The position numbers and the translations under genes are program-made. From Fonticula alba ATCC 38817 (Eukaryota; Protista; Nucleariida), in NCBI GenBank assembly GCA_000388065.2, contig KB932218.1: a stretch of DNA of 13,583 nucleotides; one strand, given 5' to 3'. The notes below the pieces were generated by a model. It ran no database searches, had not been told where the DNA came from, and saw nothing but the letters and a program-made list of their open reading frames with translations. Of this stretch, positions 8,417 to 13,583 are shown one piece after another; positions within the stretch are counted from its first letter, which is position 1, and every line of letters begins with the position of its first letter.

Positions 8417-10153
8417 ATGACGCGCGACGATGCTCCCTTGCGCCAGCCGCCCCCTGGATCGCAACACATGCCTAACACCTCCCTGGCCCGTGCCCAGGCC
8501 GAGGTCGAGCCCGGCGAATTGCTGGGGGACTTGGTCCATCAACTAATCACACTCGGCGAGTCCTATGGCAATGCCCACGAGACCCAAGCATCATTCATCA
8601 ACCGTGCCCACCAGGCTTCCCAGGAGGCCTTTTCCGCGGTCGAGCCCATGCTCAAGCCTACGCCCGGTGCTCAAACCACCCTGGCCGCCCCCCTCACGGA
8701 CATTCCGGAAGCCCTTGCTCGTGCGGTCGAAGCCCACGTCACCGTCGTCAAGAGTGTCCTCCATAGCATCTGGGCTGCTGGCACTGTCATGGCCCTCCTG
8801 ACGAACCTCCTCGACACGGCCACTACCCATGTTTCGGCGGTTATGGCTGCGATTGACAATGCCAATGCCGACCTCCATTCGATGCCTGGGCGTGCCATGC
8901 ACACGGCGGCCCCCGCCCATGCGAGGGCCTCCCATGCGGTTGGGGCATTGAAGCACTGCCTGTCGCATGGGCGTCAGCCGCTGGTGTCGGCCGCCAAGAA
9001 CGCCAAAAAATATGTCTCCAGGCTGGCCTCCCTCACCGAGTCGCTTCAGGCACTATGTCAGAATGCCCCCTGTGATGGGCGACTTGACAAGTCAACTTTG
9101 GCGGAGCTCGCCGCTGCTCAAGAGAAGGCTTCCGACGAATGCCGCTCGACCTTCCGGTCAATCCTCGAGAACACCCAGAAACACGTCGCCCACTGCCTGT
9201 GCATGCTCATATCCATTTGTGAGGTGCAAAAGACCACCCCGGCTGCCTTGCGCCCGGGCCTGCCTGGCGACCTCCTTGAGAGCATTGAGCAAGCGCGAGC
9301 TTTGGCCCTCCAACTGCATCACTCCATCACGCAGGTGGGCGGCGATTGGCTCCTGGACACTTCGCCGCCTGGCAATCACCCGGCCAGCCTCCAGCCAGCT
9401 GCTCTTGGCCTCTTGGCAGCTTACTCGGCCCCGGCATTGGGCGATAGCTCGCTGGAGCTGGTGCCCGGCGCCCGGCCCCCCGCCGGCGAGGGCTATGCTC
9501 TACCATCTGCCGAGCAGATGCCACATGCCATGGTGCAAGTTGCCCCCGGCCATCTTCAGGCCCAGTGTTTGCTCTACTCCGCCACCAGGACCCTTGGCAT
9601 TTCCCTTCGGCACATCAGAGCCACCCATGATCGAGCGCTCGCCATCCTGAACCGGCCCTCGGACATCGGGCCCGAGGCGCCTGCTGCCACTTTGCCGGCG
9701 CCCCCAGCCCTGGCCAACGCCCCGGTGGCCTGTCCCACCGCCACCGGCCAAGCTGCTCCTACTCCCCACCGCCACTCCGATGCATCCATCGGGGGCCGTC
9801 GGCACGGGCGCCACAGTGCACACACCGGCCTCAGCGACCATCCTGGTGATGATGATGACGGTGACGATGATGACGATGATAACGATGATGATGATGCTGA
9901 TGATGCCAGTCATGATGAAGAGTTGGCCCACGACTTCGGGGCCGAAACATCTTCCCGTCGACGAGGCAGCTGCTCTGTCATCGCCAAAAAGGAGGACACC
10001 ATTTGGCAAAGAATCAACGATCTTCTTGCCAAAACCACGGGCCTTGTCATGACCGCCACGCAGTTCTTCATCGCCGCCAGGAACACCCTGTCTCTCGCGG
10101 AGGGGCTCTTCTCCTACCTCGTTGGGCTTATTCCAGACAATAAGCCCGAGTGA
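8417..10153 (+). CDS. Hypothetical 578-aa protein, predicted largely helical, with an Asp-rich tract
   Basis: Stop-free frame from gccATG at 8417 (alternative ATG at 8468; the track's 8213 start is a TTG) to TGA at 10151-10153. The amino-acid composition is protein-like, unlike the Pro/Arg/Gly-rich shadow ORFs, and the DNA is less GC-rich, so a long chance ORF is less likely. No family recognised. Confidence 0.7.
   Translation: MTRDDAPLRQPPPGSQHMPNTSLARAQAEVEPGELLGDLVHQLITLGESYGNAHETQASFINRAHQASQEAFSAVEPMLKPTPGAQTTLAAPLTDIPEALARAVEAHVTVVKSVLHSIWAAGTVMALLTNLLDTATTHVSAVMAAIDNANADLHSMPGRAMHTAAPAHARASHAVGALKHCLSHGRQPLVSAAKNAKKYVSRLASLTESLQALCQNAPCDGRLDKSTLAELAAAQEKASDECRSTFRSILENTQKHVAHCLCMLISICEVQKTTPAALRPGLPGDLLESIEQARALALQLHHSITQVGGDWLLDTSPPGNHPASLQPAALGLLAAYSAPALGDSSLELVPGARPPAGEGYALPSAEQMPHAMVQVAPGHLQAQCLLYSATRTLGISLRHIRATHDRALAILNRPSDIGPEAPAATLPAPPALANAPVACPTATGQAAPTPHRHSDASIGGRRHGRHSAHTGLSDHPGDDDDGDDDDDDNDDDDADDASHDEELAHDFGAETSSRRRGSCSVIAKKEDTIWQRINDLLAKTTGLVMTATQFFIAARNTLSLAEGLFSYLVGLIPDNKPE
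9848..9904 (+). repeat. GAT/GAC-rich repeat encoding DDDDGDDDDDDNDDDDADD
   Basis: 19 codons, 16 of them Asp. Confidence 0.9.
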
Positions 10154-11171
10154 ATGGCTTGTCCCATGATCCGCCGGCGATCGGGACCCATTTGTTGGGT
10201 CGCACTTGAGTCGAGAGGTTCCTTTGTGATGGCCCGGCCTGCCCGCTGGAGGAGCGTTGCCTTGGGGTTTCGACTTGGCCGATTCACACGCATGCACACC
10301 CGGCTCCCGTGTGGCATGCTCCTCGCCAAGGCCCAGATGCGTGTCTGATCCCCACCCTCGTTCGGAGGATGACCACGGCGCCCGGACACACTGGCGCCGA
10401 TGGGGCGCCCTTCGGCGCTTCCATCCTACCCAGTCCCCGTGGGGCATTCGGCCGGGGAGGTCTGCTGCCGTTCCCCCCTGCCTAGTGACCTAGAGAGGTC
10501 CGCCCTTCGCGTGGCCCTTCGGCCCAAGATGATCCGAATGACAAATACACCCATGCCCTTGCTGGCGCCTACTCGCCAGGACAACCAGAGAATGCCCAGT
10601 TGCAGGTTGGGCGCTGGCCTTGTCGAGTGCCAGGAACATTCCCCCACCGGGCGAGGCCCGACGCCGGCGGCGCGCCCCTCGTCGCCTGGCGGCGTGCAGC
10701 TGACACATGACAACTGACACACATGTGAGGGGAGGAGGAGAGGGCGGGCGGTGCTCTGCCTCAGTCGGCGGCATGGCCCAACCGACGGGGCGGTGGGATT
10801 GGCCCCGACATCGGGAGCCGCTGGCCCCTCCTCCGCGTTGAGGGCTTTCCAGCTGGCCGATCGGTCGCGCGTGCCGGGGCCTCTGCGCATGTGTGATTCT
10901 CTCGCGCCCGGGGGGGGGACCGGTGCCCAGACCTGCCGCGAAAACAGACAGCCCGCACGGCATCCATCGGCACCTTGCCCATGGCCGGCCGCGAGGGAGT
11001 GGGCCTGGCGCCCGGTTCTCCGGGGGGGCGGGGGGCGGGAAGCATGCGCGCAGAGACCAGGCCGGAAGGCAAAGCCCCCAGGCAATCAGATGGAACAAGC
11101 ACAGGCATCTATTGTTTGGGGGAAAGGAAGCGGAGCGGGAGAAGGAGCAGAGGGCCGGCCTGGTCGGGGGC

Positions 11172-13518
<2,347 letters not shown>

Positions 13519-13553
13519 CTGCGGAGCACCAGCCGCCGGGAAGGGAAGGCATG

Positions 13554-13583
13554 CACACACACACGCACACACACACACACACA
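13554..13583. repeat. Interrupted (CA)n microsatellite, intronic, reaching the window edge
   Basis: Read directly; upstream of the acceptor CGCAG| at 13519. Confidence 0.9.

Noticed and set aside
10700-10726. Short CTGACACA direct repeat
   Set aside because: Too short to distinguish from chance; no associated structure.

Overview
GC-rich eukaryotic genomic scaffold with spliceosomal introns, microsatellites and two N-gaps. Intron style and the kinase family suggest a protist such as Fonticula alba; this is from recollection and was not database-checked. There are three genes. (1) Minus strand, 7096 to beyond the left edge: a very large single-pass receptor kinase with a signal peptide, about 2,000 aa of furin-like Cys-rich repeats, a poly-Leu TM helix, two microexons and the start of a protein kinase domain. 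Its first exon appears broken into three reading frames only because of two assembly artefacts: an embedded Illumina adapter at 3669-3688 with a 160-bp false duplication, and a 124-bp unmerged overlap across the gap at 3311-3343. Removing both restores one 6126-nt (2042-codon) exon. (2) Plus strand, 8417-10153: an apparently intronless 578-aa orphan ORF with atypical codon usage and an Asp tract. (3) Minus strand, 13518-11172: the last eight exons of an AFG2/Drg1/SPATA5-type double-ring AAA+ ATPase. Most other long ORFs in the supplied track are shadow frames of GC-rich DNA.
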